Shown piece by piece: positions 1-8,452 of a stretch of DNA of 64,000 bases. The DNA lies in the IMG/VR virus record IMGVR_UViG_3300042940_003205, positions 1-64,000 of that record; one strand, 5' to 3'. Source of the stretch: a virus. The stretch's first letter is position 1; the number at the start of each line of letters is the position of its first letter. The notes below the pieces were generated by a model that had not been told where the DNA came from, made no database searches, and saw only the letters and a list, made by a program, of their open reading frames with translations. A program made the translations under genes and the position numbers.

Positions 1-20
1 AATGCGAGGAGACCAATAAT

Positions 21-1388
21 TTGGCAAAGCATATTTACATCATCGACACTTGTGTCTTACTTCACGATCCCCTTGCTCTTTATAAATTCGGTGACAATGA
101 TATTTATATACCATTAGCAGTCATCGACGATATGGACGATATAAAGACAAGAAAAGAAAATGTTGGATGGTCAGCTAGACAAGTATTTAGAAATTTAGAA
201 AATTATTCACTCCAAGATCTTCTTAAGGGTGTAAAAATCAACGAACTTGGCGGAAGATTGTTTGTCTACAATACAGAGTCTCCTTTACAAAAAAATGAAA
301 GGCCTAATATTGTTAAAGTTCATTCTGATAATGCAATTATAGAATGTTGTTTAGCCCTTAAATCAGCGAATCCTAGAAAAAAAGTAGCTATCATAACAAA
401 AGATACTGGGCTTCGTATTCGTGCTATTACTTGGGGTTGCGCAGCTGAAAATTATAGAGCTGATCAACTTTGTGATGAAATTTACACAGGTTTAAGAAAA
501 TTTGACCTTGACAATGCAGCAGATTGGACCTTACTTTGGTCTGATGTTGAAATTGAAGTAAATCAATTATCTGAAGAAACAGTAAAAAAACTTGGTGATA
601 TTTTTCCAAATGAATTTGTTTTATTTTACTACGGAGATAAAATTTGCCCAACTTTTTATAGAAAAGGCATCTTAAGAGTCCTTAAGGAAAAATCAAATAC
701 CAAAGAAAATAAAGGATACTCTGGCGTTCAAGGAAAAAACTTAGAACAAAAATGTGCCTTAGAAATTCTTGCTGATCTTACTATTCCTCTTGTTACTCTT
801 TCTGGCCCAGCAGGTACAGGTAAATCGTTCTTAGCTCTTGCAGCAGCTTTACAAATGATCAACGAAGGTCTTTATGACAAAATTGTTGTTATGAAGCCTT
901 TGATTCCAGTGGGCGGAAAAGACATTGGTGCTCTTCCTGGTGATAAGTTTGACAAGATTTCTGCTTGGCTTGGTCCAATCAAGGATAACATTGATCAAAT
1001 TTTAGGCTCAAAATCTCTTTCAGCTAACAATATGTTTGAAGAAATGTGTAGAGACGGAATTATTGAAGTGGAAGCAATGGCTTTCATTCAAGGGCGTTCT
1101 ATACCAAGATCCATCATCATTCTTGACGAAGCTGAAAACATTTCACCTAGAGAAGCAAGGATGGTAGTAGAAAGATGCGGAAAAGACAGTAAAGTCATCC
1201 TTCTTGGCGATCTATCACAGGTCGAAAATCCTTATCTTGATGCTAAATCAAATGGTCTTTCACACGCTATATCAGGTGGAAAGAAAAGTGATCTAGTTTC
1301 ATCTGTAACACTAAGCAAAGTCGAAAGGTCTGAATTAGCTGCTGTGGCTAGTGAAATTTTCAATAGACCAGAAGCAAGAAGAAATTAG
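21..1388 (+). CDS. phoH: PIN-PhoH (PhoH2/YlaK-type) ATPase with N-terminal PIN RNase domain
   Basis: PIN motif IIDTCVLLHDP, Walker A GPAGTGKS, QGRS, DEAEN, GDLSQ; AGGAG SD upstream of the TTG start. Confidence 0.92.
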   Translation: MAKHIYIIDTCVLLHDPLALYKFGDNDIYIPLAVIDDMDDIKTRKENVGWSARQVFRNLENYSLQDLLKGVKINELGGRLFVYNTESPLQKNERPNIVKVHSDNAIIECCLALKSANPRKKVAIITKDTGLRIRAITWGCAAENYRADQLCDEIYTGLRKFDLDNAADWTLLWSDVEIEVNQLSEETVKKLGDIFPNEFVLFYYGDKICPTFYRKGILRVLKEKSNTKENKGYSGVQGKNLEQKCALEILADLTIPLVTLSGPAGTGKSFLALAAALQMINEGLYDKIVVMKPLIPVGGKDIGALPGDKFDKISAWLGPIKDNIDQILGSKSLSANNMFEEMCRDGIIEVEAMAFIQGRSIPRSIIILDEAENISPREARMVVERCGKDSKVILLGDLSQVENPYLDAKSNGLSHAISGGKKSDLVSSVTLSKVERSELAAVASEIFNRPEARRN

Positions 1389-1402
1389 TATTGGTAGTAT
1401 AA

Positions 1403-4400
1403 ATGTCCCACGCTTTCATCTGGTCTGAAGTAAACGCTGATAATTCACAATCTGAAATCTCTAGAGAAATTTCAAGTGCTGGATTTGGTACTAACATATC
1501 TGGCACTTGGAATAAAAAATTATTTAGATTGAAATGGATTAATACAAATGTCGATGATATTAGACTTTGGATTGATAATGAGTTTGCGGACATTTATACA
1601 ACCCAACATTATCCTGTTATCAAAAACACAGACAATATAAAGCTACTTCAGGATTTAGGCTTTGATATAAGATTCACATTATTTGATTCTTTTATCATAA
1701 ATAAATTAAATGCTGACGTAGCAACTGTTTCTAATTTATCTTCAGCTACAATTGGTGGAACTAGTGTTATCTTTACGCCAACTTATGTAGATGGGGTTAA
1801 GATTGATAATACAAAAATTATTCTTGTAAAATCACAAACTTCTGCTTTCCAGAATGGTCTTTACAGAGTTTCATCTCAAGTAGGTAGCGGCACAGTAGGT
1901 GCTATTGTAGCGGAAGATATCTTAACTGCTGGCAAAATTGCTGCAGTTGGAAGTTCTTCATTCTATCTATATGGCCCATATCTAAATCCATTTGATACTG
2001 CTGCTGCTGGTTCTACCACATTTATTTGGGTAGATAGAACAAATAGATATGCTTTATCTCCTGTCCAATGTGCCACAACAGTAAACTTACAATCATCTGG
2101 TTCTGGTTTAACAAATTCATCACTCATATTAGATAATCGTACTCTTTCAGTAAACGATAGAGTATTAGTGAAAGATCAAACTACAAACTCACAAAACGGT
2201 ATTTATTACGTTTCTAGTTTGACTAAACCAAATGCATCCTCTTTATTCAATCCTTACACTAGCACTGACATAGCTGACGATTATTGGAAAACAGCTGTCA
2301 ATTATATAAATGCAAATATTCCAGTAAATGTCCAATTTATTAATGCTGGTGTTGCAAAAAGTGGTGGATATTTTAGATATTACTCTGCTATTGGGTTAAC
2401 TGGCGGAACAGCTTCAACTGCATCTATGAAATGGTCTGATGCTACATATAACTACGGTCACACAAATGTAGATTATTATTATGAAATAACATCAGGCAGT
2501 GCTATAGGATTCAGTTATGATTTTGGCTCAAACGCTGGTTCTTTAACTAGCACACCAAGAACAATTACTAATTATTCTGGAGTTGCTACTACATTATCAA
2601 CATCAAATAGAATTTTAGTAAAACATTATAATGAAAACTTTAGTGGTGTTTATTCTGTATCTAATGTAGGTTTTGGAAGCACTGGTTTATGGGTAAGAGC
2701 AACTGATTATGACACTCCTGCTGAAATCAACCAAACAATAGTTTATGCAGCTAATTCCAAAAACACATTGGGTGGAAATATTTGGTATTTGGGAAAATCA
2801 ACAACGTATAGTTCCACATTTAAGTTAAATCTAGATGGAATCATCATTCAGGAAAGATTTTATCCTTACACATATGAACCTGTTGCTAATCTTATTGTCA
2901 CAAATCAAACTGACTTAACAAATGTAAGTGAGACAAGCTTTATAAATTCTGGTATTGCTATTTCACAAAGAGTTCTTGTAAATGGTCAAACTACATATCC
3001 AGCACAAAATGGAATTTACAAAGTAGATTCAGTTTGTGCTACTGTATACGGAATTGAATTTAATACAAACTACTCTGTATTACGTGGAAGTATCGCAACA
3101 ATTTCAAACGGTACTGTAGGTGCTGGAACAACTTACTTCCTATATGCTCCAGGAACCTCAACAGCCTCAGGATCTGTTGGTGTTACTTGGGTGAATATGA
3201 CCAATCAGAACAATCTTTTTGTTACAGCTTCAACAACAGAAGATAAATTTGATTCAGCGTACTTATCACCAACTCACTTTGACGTACCTGTAGCAATCGG
3301 AACATCTGTTTTAGTTAATACAACTAATGAGCTTGTAAATGGAGTTTATTCCGTTACTGCAATTGGTACTTCCACTAAACAAGTTTTCAAATATGATAAT
3401 AGTTTATCATCTTGGACACAAAATATTTTTTCAAATATTCTTTCAAGTAATGGGAATGGGACTTATGCTATATCTCCAAATTTGAAGAAACAAATTTCAG
3501 GTGTTTTGCAAGTTGCTTCAATAGCTTCTACCCATTATGGAGAAGTTTTTGTTCCTGAAATTTTATTCCCATCTTTCCAAAATTATGAAAATTATTTTAG
3601 TTCTGAAGGCAAAGGAAGTTCTATATTACAAGAATTGGACTTTGACTGGTATGAGCAAGATTATCAAAAATACAATGTCAAAGCAGTATTTTTCGTAAGT
3701 TCAGCTGCATCATTACCAGCAACTTCAGGAACAGCTATTTCCAGTTTAATTAGAAGCACTTCTGGAGCAGGAAGAACAATCTTACAAAGCAATGATAGTG
3801 TTTTAGTTTTTGTAGGTTCAGGTTATTCTTCCTCCAGTGTTTCTAATGGAATTTTTAGACCTACATTCACTGGTATAGGAAGTGTTTATTTCACTCCTCA
3901 CGAAGATTTTTATTATAATACAAAATTTGACTTAGGGTCAGATAAAAAATCATTAGCTTCGCCATATGAAAGACCTACATTAGTAAAAATTGATTATGGT
4001 TATATGGGCGCTGGTACAACTTTTTCTTATGACAAAGTATATATGCAAGGCGAAGTTGGAATTAGACAAGGAACCTTTGGTAGTGATTATGCCAATGCTG
4101 ACTTAGAAAAATATTTACACACAGGTTCGGAAGTTTATTATCAAAATTCTGAAATAAGAATAAATGCAAATGCTTTAGACTTATCTAAATTTCCAAGATT
4201 AGCTCCAGTTCAACATATTTTAGCTGCTGACACGACTTTAGATACAATAAATCAAGATATATTAACTGTTAGAAGAAATGGTGTTCAGTTATTTAGCAGC
4301 AGATCGGGAGATGCTGTTCAATATCCATACGAGATAAGTGATAGAGTTTTCTACTATTCATCAAATGAAGATGTTTACAATTCAACTGTAAGAAAATCAA

Positions 4401-7228
4401 CAAGTGGCGTATATCAAATTGTTTACATTGATACTAACTACAATTATTATTTAAGAAAAGTAAAATACAATTCTGTAAATGGTCATTTAGACTATGCCAA
4501 AAGATTAGTAAGCCATTCTTCATCAGCTGGAAATACAATTTATTTAGCAAGACCAGAATCATCAACTTCTGTGTTCACTTGGTCTACTTCTAATTATGCT
4601 GATTCTTTGCTGGATGTTTATGTAGTTTCTACTGGTGGAACTGTAATAAACAAAACATACAGTACGGATTACACTGTTGATGCATCTTCTGGTAGGTTGA
4701 ATATTTCGGGATCTGGCTGGACTGGAACTCTTTATGCCTATCTATACAAAGATTCTAATGTTCCAAAATATAATCAAGAGCCAAAGCAAACACTAAATAG
4801 ATATCATTATATTCCTCAAGTACTTAAGGATAAAGCGTTTATTTTATCCCCAGATGCTAAATTGTCTTCAACTTGGACTGTAGATACTGAAAATTTTCAA
4901 ATCGTAAACATAATTGGAACAGCAACTACAACTGAAATAAAATACAACAGAGATAGAAGTTCTTGGCTATCAACTTTTGATTCAAGCAAGAATTATTCTT
5001 CAAACGCTAATGTTATTGTAGAAAATGATTCTACTACAGATTATTTCTTTACTAGTAGACTTTCACAAGATGGTTTTTATGTTCAAACTGGAGTTGCAAA
5101 TAGTTCAACATTTAGTGGAAGTTTTGTAGATCCAGTATCCCTAAATGCTATAGGTCTATTTTCTGGAGACGTTTATCTAGATAAAGCTTATCAACCATCA
5201 GGATTTGCATTAACTTCTTGGTATTCTGGGTTAGGCTTATCCTTTGACATAAATGTTCTTGTCTTGAAAAATAAAACAAGTTCAGATTATTCTGACACTA
5301 CTATAGATTCTTCATTTACCACTTCTTATTATGATGATATCAACAGATTAGTCACACATAATAAATCTGGAAAAAGAGATCAAAAATTATATACTTTTAA
5401 AAGATCTGAAATACAAGAAGTAACCTTGAATTACAGTTCAGCATTTGGATCTTCTTTGTATCCAACCACTGTAAGGCTTTCAAACTCAGCAGGTTTCGGC
5501 ACTTTTAGTTTGTATTTTGATCCAGCCAGTACCAATATTAGTACATCATCAAGATCTTGGATTGATGTGAGTACAAGAACCACTTTTTCTGCAGCAGCTG
5601 GGAATACTGGTAATATTCCTGATTTTGGAGATATAACTTATATACCTGTTATAGGCCCTATGTCAGCTCCTTATGGAACTGGAAGTACTGCTATGTTGGA
5701 TGGTTATACTATCTCAGCTGGCGACACTATTTTGATAAAATCTCAAACAGATAGCACCATCAACGGAATATATACTGCTGTTTTAAATAACAAATTTGTA
5801 TTAACAAGAGCAACAGATCTCAATGCTACAAATGAATTGTATGAATTAGGTAGAGTAGTCTTCAATAATAGAACATACGAATTAAATCTCCCTGAAGATT
5901 CTACTGCTTATAATTTAGGTGCCTCTGCCTTAAATACACCATTGTTTTGGAAAAGCATTGGCGCAGAATATACTATTGATGTTGTTGGTGTTGGACATAC
6001 TAATTTCTCCAACTTAAGTGCTTTACCAGATAACATAAATGGGATTGCTACAACTCAAAATGATAAAATTCTATTCATTGCTCAATCAACAAGCTCTGAA
6101 AATATTGTAGCTAGAATTAACAAAACTGTTCAGCCAAACTTATTAAGAGTTGGTAATGGTTCATCTACAACAGAATTTCAAATTGCTAGTTTATATGTCA
6201 ATGATGCTAATAGAAATTTGAATTATGAATTATATTATAATCCATCTAACACTTCAGTTGGCTCAGACTCAATCCAATGGTTCCAACAAGGATTGATTTC
6301 AAATTTCACAAACTGTTCATTTGCTAGTACAGCAAACTTGACATTAAATTCAAATTTAAATATTTCCGGTTCTCAAAAAGGTGATCGATTATTAGTAAAA
6401 GATCAATCTAATCAAACCCAAAATGGAATTTATTCAATAGATGAATTAATTACAAATTATTTAAATAGACACGAAGCTTTAGATAGTTCTTCTGAAATAT
6501 CTGTCAATCAAAGAGTTAATGTTTTAAGTGGAACTGCAAATAGTGGAATTTATGCATTAGTGTATGATGAAAGTTTAACACCAGCTATAGATGCAACAAA
6601 TATATTTTGGGCAAAGGTAAATACAAATTCATATCTTACTAATGCTAAAGTTGCTACAGTTTCACAAATTTCCTTAACAAACCCACCAAGCAAAGTTGAT
6701 GATGTTATATTGCAAAAATACGACAGAATTTTAGTAAAAAATCAAACAGACAAAACTACAAATGGTGTTTACGTTGTTTCTTCAATTGGATCTTCAAATG
6801 TTTGGACAAGATCTACTGATTTAGATGCAAGTAATGAATTGTTACCACAGCTTTCAATACAGGTTGGTTATGGAACAACAAATGCTGATAAAAACTTTAG
6901 AATCAAACTGCCAACCCCAAGAACGATAACAAACACCCAAACTACATCGTATATTTTAGGTACTGATAATGTAGATTGGATTGATACAGCAAATTTCCAA
7001 ATATATAATTCATCACCTGAAACTTGGCAACCATTACTTTCTGGCTATGAGAATTCTGTCTTCCTCGGTGGTGCTAAACTAGGCATAGATCAAACAGCTA
7101 AAAGTAAAAGTTTTGGCATTGCTGTAAAAACACCTAGTTCTACTGTACTTTCTACCAATAATATTACCTCAAATGGGCAGGTAAGAAATATGAAATTCAA
7201 AGTAGAATACATAATAGCCAAAGATTAG
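1403..7228 (+). CDS. Large virion structural / tail-fibre-like protein, 1941 aa, with about 10 copies of an LVKxQxxxxNG(I/V)Y module
   Basis: Ser/Thr/Gly/Asn-rich; repeats such as DRVLVKDQTTNSQNGIY, DRLLVKDQSNQTQNGIY, DRILVKNQTDKTTNGVY with downstream WTRSTDLD-like segments, a module typical of phage fibre/decoration proteins. Confidence 0.7.
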   Translation: MSHAFIWSEVNADNSQSEISREISSAGFGTNISGTWNKKLFRLKWINTNVDDIRLWIDNEFADIYTTQHYPVIKNTDNIKLLQDLGFDIRFTLFDSFIINKLNADVATVSNLSSATIGGTSVIFTPTYVDGVKIDNTKIILVKSQTSAFQNGLYRVSSQVGSGTVGAIVAEDILTAGKIAAVGSSSFYLYGPYLNPFDTAAAGSTTFIWVDRTNRYALSPVQCATTVNLQSSGSGLTNSSLILDNRTLSVNDRVLVKDQTTNSQNGIYYVSSLTKPNASSLFNPYTSTDIADDYWKTAVNYINANIPVNVQFINAGVAKSGGYFRYYSAIGLTGGTASTASMKWSDATYNYGHTNVDYYYEITSGSAIGFSYDFGSNAGSLTSTPRTITNYSGVATTLSTSNRILVKHYNENFSGVYSVSNVGFGSTGLWVRATDYDTPAEINQTIVYAANSKNTLGGNIWYLGKSTTYSSTFKLNLDGIIIQERFYPYTYEPVANLIVTNQTDLTNVSETSFINSGIAISQRVLVNGQTTYPAQNGIYKVDSVCATVYGIEFNTNYSVLRGSIATISNGTVGAGTTYFLYAPGTSTASGSVGVTWVNMTNQNNLFVTASTTEDKFDSAYLSPTHFDVPVAIGTSVLVNTTNELVNGVYSVTAIGTSTKQVFKYDNSLSSWTQNIFSNILSSNGNGTYAISPNLKKQISGVLQVASIASTHYGEVFVPEILFPSFQNYENYFSSEGKGSSILQELDFDWYEQDYQKYNVKAVFFVSSAASLPATSGTAISSLIRSTSGAGRTILQSNDSVLVFVGSGYSSSSVSNGIFRPTFTGIGSVYFTPHEDFYYNTKFDLGSDKKSLASPYERPTLVKIDYGYMGAGTTFSYDKVYMQGEVGIRQGTFGSDYANADLEKYLHTGSEVYYQNSEIRINANALDLSKFPRLAPVQHILAADTTLDTINQDILTVRRNGVQLFSSRSGDAVQYPYEISDRVFYYSSNEDVYNSTVRKSTSGVYQIVYIDTNYNYYLRKVKYNSVNGHLDYAKRLVSHSSSAGNTIYLARPESSTSVFTWSTSNYADSLLDVYVVSTGGTVINKTYSTDYTVDASSGRLNISGSGWTGTLYAYLYKDSNVPKYNQEPKQTLNRYHYIPQVLKDKAFILSPDAKLSSTWTVDTENFQIVNIIGTATTTEIKYNRDRSSWLSTFDSSKNYSSNANVIVENDSTTDYFFTSRLSQDGFYVQTGVANSSTFSGSFVDPVSLNAIGLFSGDVYLDKAYQPSGFALTSWYSGLGLSFDINVLVLKNKTSSDYSDTTIDSSFTTSYYDDINRLVTHNKSGKRDQKLYTFKRSEIQEVTLNYSSAFGSSLYPTTVRLSNSAGFGTFSLYFDPASTNISTSSRSWIDVSTRTTFSAAAGNTGNIPDFGDITYIPVIGPMSAPYGTGSTAMLDGYTISAGDTILIKSQTDSTINGIYTAVLNNKFVLTRATDLNATNELYELGRVVFNNRTYELNLPEDSTAYNLGASALNTPLFWKSIGAEYTIDVVGVGHTNFSNLSALPDNINGIATTQNDKILFIAQSTSSENIVARINKTVQPNLLRVGNGSSTTEFQIASLYVNDANRNLNYELYYNPSNTSVGSDSIQWFQQGLISNFTNCSFASTANLTLNSNLNISGSQKGDRLLVKDQSNQTQNGIYSIDELITNYLNRHEALDSSSEISVNQRVNVLSGTANSGIYALVYDESLTPAIDATNIFWAKVNTNSYLTNAKVATVSQISLTNPPSKVDDVILQKYDRILVKNQTDKTTNGVYVVSSIGSSNVWTRSTDLDASNELLPQLSIQVGYGTTNADKNFRIKLPTPRTITNTQTTSYILGTDNVDWIDTANFQIYNSSPETWQPLLSGYENSVFLGGAKLGIDQTAKSKSFGIAVKTPSSTVLSTNNITSNGQVRNMKFKVEYIIAKD

Positions 7229-7229
7229 T

Positions 7230-7260
7230 AAAGGTATAACCCTCCGCTATTTAAAAATAT
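7230..7260 (+). promoter_or_regulatory. Putative phage late promoter AAAGG-N18-AAAAATAT
   Basis: Matches a motif recurring upstream of 6-8 genes in the window. Confidence 0.45.
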
Positions 7261-7291
7261 AGTATTAACAATTTATCAAGAGAGATAAAAT

Positions 7292-7768
7292 ATGCAAAAT
7301 TTAGAGTCACAGTTACATACACTTTTAGAAGATATTGCACCAGATGTTCACTCACACGAAGAGCAGGCAAAAATTATTGCTTTAGCTTCTGCAACTATTT
7401 CTAAAAAATTTACTGCAAGACGTTTTGCAAAAACTGAAGGTAGAGTTGTAGAATCACAAATGACAGATGCAATTTTAGTTGCAATGTCCACCTTATCTAC
7501 CTTTGATAGTGAAGATGATGAGATCTTTGATGCTAGAGGGCTTTCTCACTCACAATTAATCAGAAGAGTAGCAAATACAACTAAGCCAAGCTGGGGACAA
7601 ATGGATATTTTGAATCCTGATGTCATTGAAGATACATTCTCTTTTGAAGAAGAAGATGAGCCAGATTCTGAAACTAAGTTAGAAAATGCACAACAAACCA
7701 CAGAGGCATTTGACACACCTGGAAGAGGCAGACATCGTTCAGATTTTATTTCAGCTCCAATAAGATAA
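7292..7768 (+). CDS. Acidic hypothetical protein, possibly head-internal/scaffold-like
   Basis: 158-aa ORF, Asp/Glu-rich C-terminal half, RRFAK and RRVAN motifs. Confidence 0.55.
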   Translation: MQNLESQLHTLLEDIAPDVHSHEEQAKIIALASATISKKFTARRFAKTEGRVVESQMTDAILVAMSTLSTFDSEDDEIFDARGLSHSQLIRRVANTTKPSWGQMDILNPDVIEDTFSFEEEDEPDSETKLENAQQTTEAFDTPGRGRHRSDFISAPIR

Positions 7769-7769
7769 T

Positions 7770-8354
7770 ATGAAATACTTAAAATTAGCTCAAATGCCTC
7801 CGATGGATCCTATGATGGGAATGGGAATGGGAATGCCAGCTGCTCCTATGGCTATGCCTGCACCTGTTGAGCCTGCTTCTGCTCAAAAACAAATCAAAGT
7901 TCCTCTTGCTAATTTAGGTTTAATCTTAGCTGATGCTGAAATTGAAAAAAAATTATTAGAGCAACTTGAAGATGATGAACAAGGCATTGCTAATGATGTT
8001 TGGAATCAATATGGCGGAGAAGAAGATGGCGGAGTTGATCAATCCAAACGTGGTAAAAGAAAAGACTCAGAAGAAGCTTCAGAAGAAGAAATAAAAGCCA
8101 CTGATAAAACTAGATGGGAAAGATTACCTGTTGGTCAAAATTTATTAGATTTAGAAATATCTCTTGATGATTTTGCAAATGCCATTAAATTCTTATCTTT
8201 TGGATTTGCTAAAAACAAGGGTAAAGAACAAGGTGGAGCTGCCGGTGGTGGTGGAATGCCTGGTATGGCATCAAGAAAGCTTGATAATATGGTCAAATTA
8301 GCCCATAATTTGGATTTATTGGGTATGTATAGTGTAGCTGATCGTATATTGTAG
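7770..8354 (+). CDS. Met/Gly/Pro-rich acidic hypothetical protein, possibly head-internal
   Basis: MKYLKLAQ start, MGMGMGMP and GGGGMPGM low-complexity segments, C-terminal helix VKLAHNLDLLGMYSVADRIL. Confidence 0.55.
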   Translation: MKYLKLAQMPPMDPMMGMGMGMPAAPMAMPAPVEPASAQKQIKVPLANLGLILADAEIEKKLLEQLEDDEQGIANDVWNQYGGEEDGGVDQSKRGKRKDSEEASEEEIKATDKTRWERLPVGQNLLDLEISLDDFANAIKFLSFGFAKNKGKEQGGAAGGGGMPGMASRKLDNMVKLAHNLDLLGMYSVADRIL

Positions 8355-8378
8355 ATAATAGCTAAATTTGCTTGATTT

Positions 8379-8387
8379 TGGTATAAT
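8379..8387 (+). promoter_or_regulatory. Extended -10 sigma70-type promoter (TG-G-TATAAT) for gyrB-gyrA
   Basis: Perfect TGnTATAAT 65 bp upstream of the gyrB ATG; no good -35 at 17 bp spacing. Confidence 0.6.
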
Positions 8388-8418
8388 GCTGTGATAAATT
8401 AAATCACAGCATTTTTTT
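8385..8418 (+). terminator. Intrinsic terminator-like hairpin overlapping the gyrB promoter
   Basis: 11-bp stem aatgctgtgat/atcacagcatt, 7-nt loop, T7 run. Confidence 0.6.
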
Positions 8419-8452
8419 ATGCCTGTACTCGGAATGAAACGAAGGAAAGCAA

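Noticed and set aside
1392-1405. T4-type late promoter TATAAAT before the 1941-aa gene
   Set aside because: Single imperfect copy overlapping the ATG and not repeated before other structural genes
7815-7832. (ATGGGA)3 microsatellite as a phase-variation site
   Set aside because: In-frame 6-mer encoding MGMGMG; slippage would not shift the frame
7292-8354. Tail-assembly-chaperone pair with programmed frameshift
   Set aside because: No slippery heptamer near the first stop, and no adjacent tube or tape-measure gene
8390-8408. CRP site TGTGA...TCACA
   Set aside because: Spacer is 9 nt rather than 6; better explained as part of a longer stem
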